NCBI GenBank assembly: GCA_963664815.2
Contig: CAXXHB010000002.1
Location: 736,001-800,000, forward strand
Direction of reading: 5' to 3'
Origin: Spirochaetota bacterium
GTDB taxonomy: Bacteria > Spirochaetota > UBA4802 > UBA5550
Length of the DNA stretch: 64,000 nt
The translations under genes were made by a program, and so were the position numbers. Below the pieces are notes generated by a model, which was not told the origin of the DNA, made no database searches, and saw nothing but the letters and a program-made list of their open reading frames with translations. Positions 29,684 through 38,878 of this stretch are shown here, in pieces; position 1 is the stretch's first letter; every line of letters begins with the position of its first letter.

Positions 29684-30091
29684 ATGAATTATTTAAAGTC
29701 CGGTCTGGCAACAGCACTGTTTTCATTTCTGTTTCTTTTTTCATGCAGAGAGCCAGTCTCTTTCAGCAGAATCGAATATAATATTCCTTCTCATATAAAC
29801 ATAAAAACGGATGAGTTAGAGGATGCTTTTAAAGAGATGAAATTAAATCCTTCAGCAATACTGTATATTAAGGTGACTGTTTATAGTTATTCCTCAGGCT
29901 CTGAAACAATAAGCTTTTCAGGGGAGGATGTTAAAACGATAAAATCTGGCGGAAAAATCAGGGTTCTTATAAAAGTGATGGATAATAAAAAAGTTATTAG
30001 GGCAGAATTTGCTGAAGGCGCAGGAAATAGTAAGAAGGAATTGTTATCAACACTCGTAAAAGATGTTCAACAAAAACTTAGAGTGAAGTAG
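29684..30091 (+). CDS. Hypothetical lipoprotein
   Basis: Signal ending LFLFSC; AAGGA RBS. Confidence 0.72.
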   Translation: MNYLKSGLATALFSFLFLFSCREPVSFSRIEYNIPSHINIKTDELEDAFKEMKLNPSAILYIKVTVYSYSSGSETISFSGEDVKTIKSGGKIRVLIKVMDNKKVIRAEFAEGAGNSKKELLSTLVKDVQQKLRVK

Positions 30092-30116
30092 AAATCAGAT
30101 CTTTTTCATGAAATAA

Positions 30117-30133
30117 GGGGGCGCTTTGCCCCC
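30117..30133 (-). terminator. Rho-independent terminator of the bactofilin gene
   Basis: Minus strand GGGGGC-AAAGC-GCCCCC followed by TTATTT. Confidence 0.65.
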
Positions 30134-30147
30134 GACTAGGAGTGGTA

Positions 30148-30585
30148 TTAATTTTTTTTGTCGCTGCTTTTGAATATGTCTTCAGGAATAATTTTATTTC
30201 TTTCGTATTCGGCTTTGATCACATCTCCGGCTGAAGTCCTCAAATCATTTGCTATAGTACATCTACCTTCAAGAAGAACACCGTTTTGTATTATAAGTTC
30301 AGGAGTTCTTATATCCCCATATACTTTCGCTGTAGGCATTAGAAGTACACGGCTTGTCGCGTTTATATTTCCCATGATAAGCCCTTCAACAATTACCGAT
30401 ACAGCCTCAATTGTCGTTTTAACTTTGCCGTCAATTCCTATATAAAGCTGGTCTGCTTTAAGAGATTTTCCCTCAAAGCGGCCGTCTATTCTGAGAGAAC
30501 CGTTTATACTGAAATTACCGGTGAAATAGGATTTTTCACCAATTACATTATTTGATATATCCCCGGTAGTTTTAACTAATGCCAT
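30148..30585 (-). CDS. Bactofilin (polymer-forming cytoskeletal protein)
   Basis: VIGEKSYFTGNFSINGSLRIDGRFEG...IIQNGVLLEGRC beta-helix repeats. Confidence 0.92.
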   Translation of the reverse strand: MALVKTTGDISNNVIGEKSYFTGNFSINGSLRIDGRFEGKSLKADQLYIGIDGKVKTTIEAVSVIVEGLIMGNINATSRVLLMPTAKVYGDIRTPELIIQNGVLLEGRCTIANDLRTSAGDVIKAEYERNKIIPEDIFKSSDKKN

Positions 30586-30812
30586 GACTTTAATCTCCTT
30601 AATTTAACATATACATTTTTTATTTTTTTTTAATAATGTCAACTTCAATTTGTAATGCATAACATAAAGTGTCGACGAAATATACAGTTAAAATCCCAAT
30701 AGTTGTAATTTCGACTTTTTTATATGCTCTATTGTAATATTTTTTATAATTGCTCAAAATTTTCTCGACAAATATCATCAATAATATTATTCTATTTTAG
30801 AGTTTGATTAAA

Positions 30813-31160
30813 ATGAGTTTAAATTACGAAAAAAAAGATAAAGTCATCATTGTTCATGTTGAATCCCCTCTTGATATAGGTAATTCACCTTTAATACAGA
30901 GAGATATAAGTTTACTGATAAATCAGTATCCTGATTATGATATGATTCTGAACATGAACAAGGTTGAATATATGAACAGCGCCGGGCTTGGTGTGCTTAT
31001 TATTGCTACAAAAAAGCTTGAATCGCTTCATAGATGCCTGAAAATAACAGATTTGAATATTTCTGTTAAAAAAGTTATTCATATACTCGATGCGCATGAA
31101 ATTATAAATATTTACGATAATGAAGAACAGGCACTTAAATCATTTGTTCACATGATATAA
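30813..31160 (+). CDS. STAS domain anti-sigma factor antagonist
   Basis: LDIGNS, VEYMNSAGLGVL with the phosphorylatable Ser. Confidence 0.88.
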   Translation: MSLNYEKKDKVIIVHVESPLDIGNSPLIQRDISLLINQYPDYDMILNMNKVEYMNSAGLGVLIIATKKLESLHRCLKITDLNISVKKVIHILDAHEIINIYDNEEQALKSFVHMI

Positions 31161-31248
31161 TAATTTTTTCTTTTATTAATTAATAACTTTCCTTTATCTT
31201 CTGTATAAAAATAAAAATGAATGATCATTTCATGGAAAAAATATACTG

Positions 31249-32916
31249 ATGAATAAAATTCTTCTAGTTGGAATAAATGCACGTTACACGCATATAAACC
31301 CTGCTCTGCTTTATCTTAAAAGCAGTATTGCCGATCTTGATGTTCATGTAGATTTAATTGAATTTTCAGTTGCTGAAAGCATAGCAAAGATTGAAGAGGA
31401 GATATGTCTCATTAATCCTGATATTCTTGCTCTATCTGTTTATATCTGGAATGCTTTTACGATAAAAAAAATCCTAGAAGTTATAAAAAGTTCTCTTCCT
31501 GAATTAAAAATTGTACTAGGCGGTCCGGAGGTAAGCTTTAACAGCGAGGAGTGGATTGATAATTTCAATACGATTGATTTTATAATAACAGGTGCGGGGG
31601 AGGCGGCATTCAGAAACCTGGTTATTTCCGGTTTTAACAGATCAAAGGGGGTTATTATCGGAATGAATCCTCCTTTCAGAGATGTCAGATTCCCATATAC
31701 CGATGATGATATGATAAGGTTAGAAGGGAGATATATATATTATGAAAGCAGCAGAGGATGCCCTTTCAACTGTACATACTGTCTTTCTTCTTTAAGTGGT
31801 GGAAAAGTGGAGTACCGGACATTACAGCAGGTTATCGATGAACTCGATTTTTTTTTATCATATAATCCACCTCTTGTAAAATTTGTTGATAGAACCTTTA
31901 ATTTGAAAAAAGAGCACTACATGCCGATCTGGGAGCATGTTATAAAGAAGTATAAAGGTTGCAGTACGTGTTTTCATTTTGAGATTTTCCCGGAGCTCCT
32001 TGATGATGATGACATCAAGTTTCTCCAGGGGGTGCCGGCGGGGCTCTTCCAGTTTGAAATAGGGATACAATCTACAAAATCGGAAACGTTAAGAGAAATT
32101 AACCGTTACGGATCATGGGCGAGCGCTGAGAAGAAAATAAGAGGACTTGTGGAATCCGGGAATATACATCTCCATACTGACTTAATAGCAGGTTTACCAT
32201 ATGAGGGATTTGACAATTACAGCGGATCTTTTAACAGCGTCTATTCTCTTGGAGCTGAGCATTTTCAGTGTGGTTTCCTTAAGGTTCTACCGGGAACTGA
32301 GATGCGGGAAAAATCAAAAGATTACAGGATTCTATACGACCATCTCCCTCCATATGAAATTATTGAGAACAAATGGATTACTGCTGAAGAAATGGAGAGA
32401 CTAAAGCTAATCAGCGAACTTGTGGATCTTATTCATAACTCAGGGAATTTTCCAGATGCAGAAAAGTTTTTTATATCACTTTATAAAACTCCATTCAGTT
32501 TTTTTAACAGACTGGCAGATTTTTTTAAAAAGAACAATAACGCAGGCCACAGGCGATGGGAGTACATTGCAGGGATTCTGCTTGATATGATTGAGAAAGA
32601 TTTCCCCGTTTCAGTTCCTATGCTGCTTGATAATATGAGGTGGGATTGGTGCAGCGTAATGAAACATCACCATTTTCCGGAACTGTTAAAGTCAGGTTTA
32701 ACCATCGAAGCGAAAAGAAAAGGATTCAGGTTTTTCAATAATTTTCAAAGCAGTGAAGATATTAATTATGCCGGAATTATGTTTAGAAAAAGTGATCTAA
32801 GGCGTTCCATTTTTTTTTCTCCTGAAACGGAGGAGTTCATGAATAGTAAGATGAAAAACAAAATGGCTATGTTCCTCCCTGACAAACAAATAGTTTTTTT
32901 TAATGTGGAAAAATAG
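31249..32916 (+). CDS. B12-binding domain radical SAM protein (DUF4080-type)
   Basis: SVYIWN, LGGPEVS, YESSRGCPFNCTYCLS, FVDRTFN, DLIAGLPYE. Confidence 0.9.
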   Translation: MNKILLVGINARYTHINPALLYLKSSIADLDVHVDLIEFSVAESIAKIEEEICLINPDILALSVYIWNAFTIKKILEVIKSSLPELKIVLGGPEVSFNSEEWIDNFNTIDFIITGAGEAAFRNLVISGFNRSKGVIIGMNPPFRDVRFPYTDDDMIRLEGRYIYYESSRGCPFNCTYCLSSLSGGKVEYRTLQQVIDELDFFLSYNPPLVKFVDRTFNLKKEHYMPIWEHVIKKYKGCSTCFHFEIFPELLDDDDIKFLQGVPAGLFQFEIGIQSTKSETLREINRYGSWASAEKKIRGLVESGNIHLHTDLIAGLPYEGFDNYSGSFNSVYSLGAEHFQCGFLKVLPGTEMREKSKDYRILYDHLPPYEIIENKWITAEEMERLKLISELVDLIHNSGNFPDAEKFFISLYKTPFSFFNRLADFFKKNNNAGHRRWEYIAGILLDMIEKDFPVSVPMLLDNMRWDWCSVMKHHHFPELLKSGLTIEAKRKGFRFFNNFQSSEDINYAGIMFRKSDLRRSIFFSPETEEFMNSKMKNKMAMFLPDKQIVFFNVEK

Positions 32917-32920
32917 AAGA

Positions 32921-32949
32921 TTGACAAAAAATACCGATTGGTATATTCA
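32921..32949 (+). promoter_or_regulatory. TetR promoter with embedded operator ATACCGATTGGTAT
   Basis: TTGACA at 32921; near-palindrome at 32931-32944 in the spacer; -10-like TATTCA 17 bp downstream. Confidence 0.75.
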
Positions 32950-32956
32950 GTTCAAA

Positions 32957-33556
32957 ATGGATGAATCAAAATCAGAAAAAACCCGGAAATATATTATAGA
33001 GATTTCCGCGCCAATTTTTAACATGAAGGGTTATTCGGGAACCTCTATTTCGGATATTATGTCAGAGACCGGATTAACTAAGGGTGCTTTGTACGGCAAT
33101 TTTGAAAATAAGGATGAACTAGCACTAGCTGCACTTGAATATAATCTCAGATGGGTATCCTCCATTCTCTTTGAAGAAGCTGAGAAAGAGAATAATGCAT
33201 GCGCCAAGCTTGCTGTTTTTGCAGAATCTTACAGAAAATATCATGATTTTTTTTTAAAAAAAGGGGGATGTCCCGTGATGAATGCTGCAGTTGATTCCGA
33301 TGACGGCCACCCTCTGATAAAAAAGCGGGTTGAGAAGTTTATCAGAACATGGAAGAAAGCTTTGATACGGATTATAGAAACAGGAAAAGCAAATAAAGAA
33401 ATTAAACCTGATATTGATTCAGAAAGATTTTCAAGCGTTTTCATCTCTCTTATTGAGGGGAGTGTTACTCTTTCGACAACTACAGGTGATCGGATATATT
33501 TAGATATGTCTGTTGATCATATATTATCGCTGGTAAAAGAGATGAAAGCAGGATGA
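32957..33556 (+). CDS. TetR family regulator (LmrA/YxaF/NemR-like, GCP motif)
   Basis: GYSGTSISDIMSETGLTKGALYGNFENKDEL HTH; GGCPVMN; ATG 32957 preferred over the upstream GTG. Confidence 0.92.
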   Translation: MDESKSEKTRKYIIEISAPIFNMKGYSGTSISDIMSETGLTKGALYGNFENKDELALAALEYNLRWVSSILFEEAEKENNACAKLAVFAESYRKYHDFFLKKGGCPVMNAAVDSDDGHPLIKKRVEKFIRTWKKALIRIIETGKANKEIKPDIDSERFSSVFISLIEGSVTLSTTTGDRIYLDMSVDHILSLVKEMKAG

Positions 33557-33572
33557 GTTTTTGTGGAATAAA

Positions 33573-33590
33573 TTATACCGATCGGTATAA
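33573..33590. promoter_or_regulatory. Perfect 18-bp palindromic operator upstream of the Fe-S gene pair
   Basis: TTATACCGATCGGTATAA; its 14-bp core differs by one base from the site in the TetR promoter. Confidence 0.8.
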
Positions 33591-33687
33591 AAAAATTTAA
33601 AAGTTGAATAATAAATTAAGAGCTGATGAATTTTAAATTTGTGAAAATATTGAATACTGGAAGATTATTAAAGAAAGAGGAATAAAA

Positions 33688-34761
33688 ATGGAAACAATCT
33701 ATAACAGACTGAGAGAGCATCTTGATTCTATGCCGAATGGATTCCCTGCTTCTGAAAGCGGGGTGGAAATTGAAATATTAAAAAGGGTTTTTACAGAAGA
33801 AGAAGCTTCGCTGTTTATGCAGCTTAAGATGGTATTTGAAACTATACAGAAGATATCGGCAAGAACAGGCATCACAGTTGATTACCTTGAAAAAATACTT
33901 CCCGAGATGAAAAGAAAAGGGCAGATAATGGGGGTAGCGGTAAAGAATTTTTTTCTTTATAAATCTATTCCATACATTGTTGGAATATATGAATTTCAAT
34001 TACCAAGAATGGATAAAGAGCTGGCAATTCTTTTCGATAAATATGATAAAGAGGCTTTCGGGAGTGTTTTTTTCAGTAAAAAACCGGCTGTTTTGAGAGC
34101 AGTACCTGTTGGGATAGAGGTAAAGGATGATACAAAGATTGAGCCATATGAAGATATTGCAGCGCTTATTGAGGGCTCAAAATCATGGTCTGTCAGAGAC
34201 TGCATCTGTAAAACAGAAAAATCACTTCTGGGGGAAAAGTGTGACAAACCACGAGAGGTATGTCTATATTTTTCACCGGCTGAGTACGCATTTAACGATG
34301 ATCCGGTAAATCGTGTAATAACAAAAGAAGAAGCTTTTCAAATATTGAAAACATCTGAAGAGGCTGGCCTTGTGCATATGACATCTAATGTAAAGGCAGG
34401 TGTATATTTTATATGCAACTGCTGCAGCTGTTGCTGTGGTGTGCTTAGAAAATATATTGCAGTGAGTAAAAATGCGGCTGCAAAGTCAAATTATATTGCA
34501 GTTGTTGATACTGATGCATGTATTGCCTGTGGCGCGTGTGAAGGAAGGTGTCAAGCGGATGCAATTAGAGTAAAGGAATACGCTGTTATTACAGACTGCA
34601 TAGGGTGTGGACTCTGTATATCATCATGCCCGGTTGAAGCGATAAAACTTGTGAAAAGGAGAGAAGCCGATTCTGTATCTGTTCCGGCCAATGAACTTGA
34701 ATGGATGGATATACGGGCGAAAGAAAGAGGCATGAGTGATGAATATAAAAAAATGATTTAA
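33688..34761 (+). CDS. Cys-rich 4Fe-4S binding protein, paralog 1
   Basis: HLDSMPNGFPASESGVE N-terminus, CICK, CNCCSCCC, CIACGACEGRC, CIGCGLCISSC. Confidence 0.88.
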   Translation: METIYNRLREHLDSMPNGFPASESGVEIEILKRVFTEEEASLFMQLKMVFETIQKISARTGITVDYLEKILPEMKRKGQIMGVAVKNFFLYKSIPYIVGIYEFQLPRMDKELAILFDKYDKEAFGSVFFSKKPAVLRAVPVGIEVKDDTKIEPYEDIAALIEGSKSWSVRDCICKTEKSLLGEKCDKPREVCLYFSPAEYAFNDDPVNRVITKEEAFQILKTSEEAGLVHMTSNVKAGVYFICNCCSCCCGVLRKYIAVSKNAAAKSNYIAVVDTDACIACGACEGRCQADAIRVKEYAVITDCIGCGLCISSCPVEAIKLVKRREADSVSVPANELEWMDIRAKERGMSDEYKKMI

Positions 34762-34810
34762 TATAACCGGGCGTTTGAAATAATTTTAAATTAAAAGAGG
34801 TTTCAATAAA

Positions 34811-35884
34811 ATGAAGTCAGTTTATTACAAGCTAAGAGAACATCTTGATACAATGCCTAACGGATTTCCTGCTTCTGAAAGTGGAGTTGAAATTGAAATC
34901 CTGAAGAAAATATTCACAGAAGAGGAGGCTTCATTATTCATTAATCTTAAGCTGAAACTGGAAACCCCACAGCAGATATCTGAAAGGACAGGTATTAAAC
35001 TGGAAGTTGTTGAAAGACTTCTGCCGGAGATGAAGAAAAAGGGGCAGCTTCTGGGAATAACAGTAAAAAAATTCTCTTTATACAAAGCTATCCCGTATGT
35101 GTTTGGAATATATGAATTCCAGTTAAAAAGAATGGATAAAGATATGGCTCTTCTCTTCGAAAAGTATGATAAAGAAGCTTTTGCTGAAAATTTTTTCTCT
35201 ACCAGTCCTGCCTTAATGAAAACTATCCCGATTGGCATTGAGGTAAATGATGATACAAGGATTGAGCCATATGAAAGTATCACCGGGATACTTGAAGGAG
35301 CTAAATCATGGGCAGTCAGGGGTTGTGTATGTAAAACGGAAAAATCTCTTCTCGGAAGGAAATGCAGCAAACCGATGGAAGTCTGTCTATCTTTTGCACC
35401 TGTTGAAAATGCGTTTGATGATGATCAATCGGGTCGTGCAATAACAAAAGATGAAGCTTATAAAATATTGAAAATGTCTGAAGAGGCCGGGCTTGTTCAT
35501 ATGACATCAAACGTTAAGTCGGGTCACTATTATATTTGTAATTGCTGCAGTTGCTGTTGCGGACCTTTAACAAAGTATATAACGGTAAGTAAGAATGCAG
35601 CAGCAAAATCAAACTATCAGGCAATTGTGGATAAATATGCATGCATATCCTGCGGAATCTGTCTTGACCGGTGCCAGGCAGATGCGATTGAGTTGAATGA
35701 TTTTGCAATTATTACGAATTGTATCGGGTGCGGGCTTTGTGTCTCCACATGTCCTTCGGGTGCAATTAAACTGGTAAGGAGAGACAGCTCGGATAGTCTG
35801 CCTGTTCCGTCTGATGAACGGGAGTGGATGGAGATGAGGGTAAAAGAGAGAGGCATTGGAGACGGGTATAAAAAGATGCTTTAA
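34811..35884 (+). CDS. Cys-rich 4Fe-4S binding protein, paralog 2
   Basis: Same length (357 aa) and the same Cys motifs as paralog 1. Confidence 0.88.
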   Translation: MKSVYYKLREHLDTMPNGFPASESGVEIEILKKIFTEEEASLFINLKLKLETPQQISERTGIKLEVVERLLPEMKKKGQLLGITVKKFSLYKAIPYVFGIYEFQLKRMDKDMALLFEKYDKEAFAENFFSTSPALMKTIPIGIEVNDDTRIEPYESITGILEGAKSWAVRGCVCKTEKSLLGRKCSKPMEVCLSFAPVENAFDDDQSGRAITKDEAYKILKMSEEAGLVHMTSNVKSGHYYICNCCSCCCGPLTKYITVSKNAAAKSNYQAIVDKYACISCGICLDRCQADAIELNDFAIITNCIGCGLCVSTCPSGAIKLVRRDSSDSLPVPSDEREWMEMRVKERGIGDGYKKML

Positions 35885-35981
35885 TATAAATATGCGGATT
35901 TGATTCTTATTTGTATATTTAAGAACATAAATATGCCTTATGATAATTCTTTCTGCTTTTAGCTTTTTTTACATGAGGAAA

Positions 35982-37802
35982 TTAATCTCTGTAGATAAGC
36001 ATAAAACAGTTTTTGCAATCGAATTCAACCCTGTATTTAATATTTTCATCAATGAGATAAAACGGTTCTTTGAATTTTTCATTATTAATGTTCTGTTTAG
36101 GACATAGAGAGTTCTCATATTTAAAGCAAAGTTTTGTTGTCATAAGTGGGCCCGTTATGCGTCTGTCTGAAGTTTCGAAAGACTTTTCGATTATTTCAAC
36201 TCCATGTCTCCTGTAAAAAATCTCCGCAAGATGATTACTTACATTATGCCTGAAGTCAATTTTTTTATACGGGTATGTTATATCAGTTTTTTTTATTTCC
36301 GATGTAGTGATCTTATAACCATCAAGCCGTGCTTCGAGAATCTTTTCAACGACTGTGCGGCGCATGTTATTTAATGTGCTTAACGGTATAAAATAATTAT
36401 CTGTCAGCGAAATTTTAACATCAGATGCATTAAATAAAGTTCCTCCAAGTTTAGAAAGCTGAATTTTTATCTTTTCAGAACCAGTTTTTTCTGAGTGAGA
36501 TATTTCTTTAGGGTCATCAATCTCAACTGAAGCAAAAAAATTATCTTCGTCAGTTATAGAAAGTTTAAATCCGCTTTTTGTATCCGAGAAGCTCATTGTC
36601 GCATCAATTTTACGTACAGTTCTGCTGACGGAAAGATTTTTTTCGAATAATATATCGTGGTTACGGTAGACTATTGCATCTTTAAAAATACCATTCATTG
36701 AAAGAGGAAAAATTGTATAATGATCAACTCTGTTAACTTTAATGCCGAATAAATTTTTTTCTTTATCAAAGAAAGCAAGTCCGTCACCGTTATTTATTTT
36801 TTCATTTGTAATCAGTTTAAACCAGTTATTTCCTGTCTCTGAAATTTTGCCTGTCTCTTTTCCAGTGGATTTGGGTGTGTAAGGCGAACTTATAGGATCA
36901 GATCTTTCTTTCAGATTGTAACTTGTATAACTACGGTTAAATGTTTTATGAGGATCTGGTATAAAATCGAAATAGCTCCTTCCGGAAGATGCTTTAGTAA
37001 TATCGCTTCTTCCTTCGAGTATATTATCAAGTGTTATTCGGTAATGAGACACTACATTTTTTACATAGTTTATTTCTTTAAGTCTACCTTCAATTTTAAG
37101 GGAGTTTATACCTGCATCAATGAGGTCTTTTAAATTTAATGTCTGGTTCATATCACGAAGAGAGAGTTGATATCTGTTTTTAGAGATAATCTCATCATCT
37201 GCGTCTGCTAATGTGTATTTTTTTCTGCAGGGCTGGGCACATTCTCCACGATTGGCGCTTCTTCCGCCCATAGATACGCTCATATAACATCTCCCGCTGA
37301 GACTTACACATAGTGCACCGTGAATAAAAAACTCAAGCTCACATTTTGTTTCTTTCCGTATATCCTTAATTTGTGGAAGAGAAAGTTCACGAGCAAGGAC
37401 AATACGCGGGAAGCCTATACTGTCGAGGAACTTTATCCTTTCAGGATCGTAATTGTCAGCCTGTGTACTTGCATGAAGTGGTATCCTGGGAATATCCATT
37501 TCAAGTATACCCATGTCCTGTATAATTACAGCGTCAGCCCCGCTGTTGTATATATCCCTAATAAGTTTTTCAGCATTTTCAAGATCATTATCATAGAGAA
37601 TTGTATTTATTGTTGCATATACTTTTGCATGATACATGTGCGCATGCCGCACAAGTTTTTCAATATCTTTGAGAGAATTAGATGCGGCTGAACGGGCTCC
37701 GAATTTTTCCGGGCCTATGTAAACCGCATCAGCGCCGAAATTTACGGCAGCAATGCCGGTTTCGAGGTTTCTGGCTGGAGCAAGAAGTTCTAATCTGCGC
37801 AT
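35982..37802 (-). CDS. U32 peptidase-family RNA hydroxylase, long form with DUF3656-like C-terminus (RlhA-like)
   Basis: ELLAPA, HASTQ, LARELS, HGALCVSLSGRC, NRGECAQPCR, LKIEGR. Confidence 0.88.
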   Translation of the reverse strand: MRRLELLAPARNLETGIAAVNFGADAVYIGPEKFGARSAASNSLKDIEKLVRHAHMYHAKVYATINTILYDNDLENAEKLIRDIYNSGADAVIIQDMGILEMDIPRIPLHASTQADNYDPERIKFLDSIGFPRIVLARELSLPQIKDIRKETKCELEFFIHGALCVSLSGRCYMSVSMGGRSANRGECAQPCRKKYTLADADDEIISKNRYQLSLRDMNQTLNLKDLIDAGINSLKIEGRLKEINYVKNVVSHYRITLDNILEGRSDITKASSGRSYFDFIPDPHKTFNRSYTSYNLKERSDPISSPYTPKSTGKETGKISETGNNWFKLITNEKINNGDGLAFFDKEKNLFGIKVNRVDHYTIFPLSMNGIFKDAIVYRNHDILFEKNLSVSRTVRKIDATMSFSDTKSGFKLSITDEDNFFASVEIDDPKEISHSEKTGSEKIKIQLSKLGGTLFNASDVKISLTDNYFIPLSTLNNMRRTVVEKILEARLDGYKITTSEIKKTDITYPYKKIDFRHNVSNHLAEIFYRRHGVEIIEKSFETSDRRITGPLMTTKLCFKYENSLCPKQNINNEKFKEPFYLIDENIKYRVEFDCKNCFMLIYRD

Positions 37803-37855
37803 GATAATACCAATGTTTTATTACACAAGTACGGTAACTAAATATTCTATTTTAA

Positions 37856-38632
37856 TTAACACAACGTAAATTTGTCGCTGTCCTTCCATGCAGGAAATGA
37901 TTCCCTGTAGGATAAAAGCCCGGAGTATGAGAGTTCAACTGTTTGTACGCATTCTTCGTCATTCGCATGAAAAAGGGTATTACCGAAAAAATCTATGATG
38001 GATGACCCGCCGTTGTAACTTAATCCGTTACTGTCAGAACCGATACGGTTAATTCCTGCTACATAACACTGGTTTTCAATAGCACGGGCGCGTAGAAGAA
38101 TGTCCCAATGTGAATCTCTTACAGCGGGCCAGTTAGCGGTGAATATTGCAAGGTCATAATTCATCATTGAATTGCGGCTCCAGACAGGAAACCTCAAATC
38201 ATAACATATAAATGGCCGGATATTCCATCCTTTGAGATTAACTTTAAGGTGTGAATTGCCGGGGGAATAAATTTTATCCTCACCGCCCATGCGGAACAGA
38301 TGTCGTTTATCGTAAGTAAATATTATGCCGTCAGGATTTATCCATACAAGTCGGTTATAGTAATGATTGTTTTCATTTATAGCGATACTTCCGGTTATGG
38401 ATATATCAACTTCCCGGGAAAGCCGAAGGAGAAAATCTATGGAAGTCCCGTTCATCTCTTCGCTGACATCTTCCGGCTTCATTGTAAATCCGGTATTAAA
38501 CATTTCAGGGAGGATTATTAAATCTGATTGTGAGTGAATTTTTTTTATCATCGATTCTATATGATCAAGATTTTTGTCTGTATCATGCCAGATTATTTCA
38601 GGCTGGATAATGGTAATTTTCAGATTGTTCAC
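37856..38632 (-). CDS. Carbon-nitrogen hydrolase / omega-amidase (YafV-like)
   Basis: E-K-C triad in LPEMF, YDKRHLF and ICYDLRFP. Confidence 0.92.
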   Translation of the reverse strand: MNNLKITIIQPEIIWHDTDKNLDHIESMIKKIHSQSDLIILPEMFNTGFTMKPEDVSEEMNGTSIDFLLRLSREVDISITGSIAINENNHYYNRLVWINPDGIIFTYDKRHLFRMGGEDKIYSPGNSHLKVNLKGWNIRPFICYDLRFPVWSRNSMMNYDLAIFTANWPAVRDSHWDILLRARAIENQCYVAGINRIGSDSNGLSYNGGSSIIDFFGNTLFHANDEECVQTVELSYSGLLSYRESFPAWKDSDKFTLC

Positions 38633-38878
38633 AAACTAAATTCTCCTAGAATATATGAATGTTTAATTTTGACTTTTACATGTTTTAATGCAAGAAAAAT
38701 TTTTTATGTTAATCAATACAATATGATCAAACTGTGATGAATAAAAATCAGGTTTTGTCTTTGAAAAAATTAGCTTTACAATGAAACTGTCTTTGCTGGG
38801 ATATAATACAGGAAAACATGTTGAAGAACCTCCTGGAAAAAGATATAAACGGTTTGAAGTGAGTTTGAGGATTATGAA

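Larger units (their letters stand above)
33688..35884 (+). repeat. Tandem gene duplication (two 1074-bp paralogs)
   Basis: Colinear similarity at DNA and protein level, for example CCTGCTTCTGAAAG and AGAATGGATAAAGA in both copies. Confidence 0.9.

Noticed and set aside
33688-35884. Selenocysteine readthrough in the Cys-rich Fe-S proteins
   Set aside because: Both ORFs are uninterrupted, end in TAA and use Cys codons throughout
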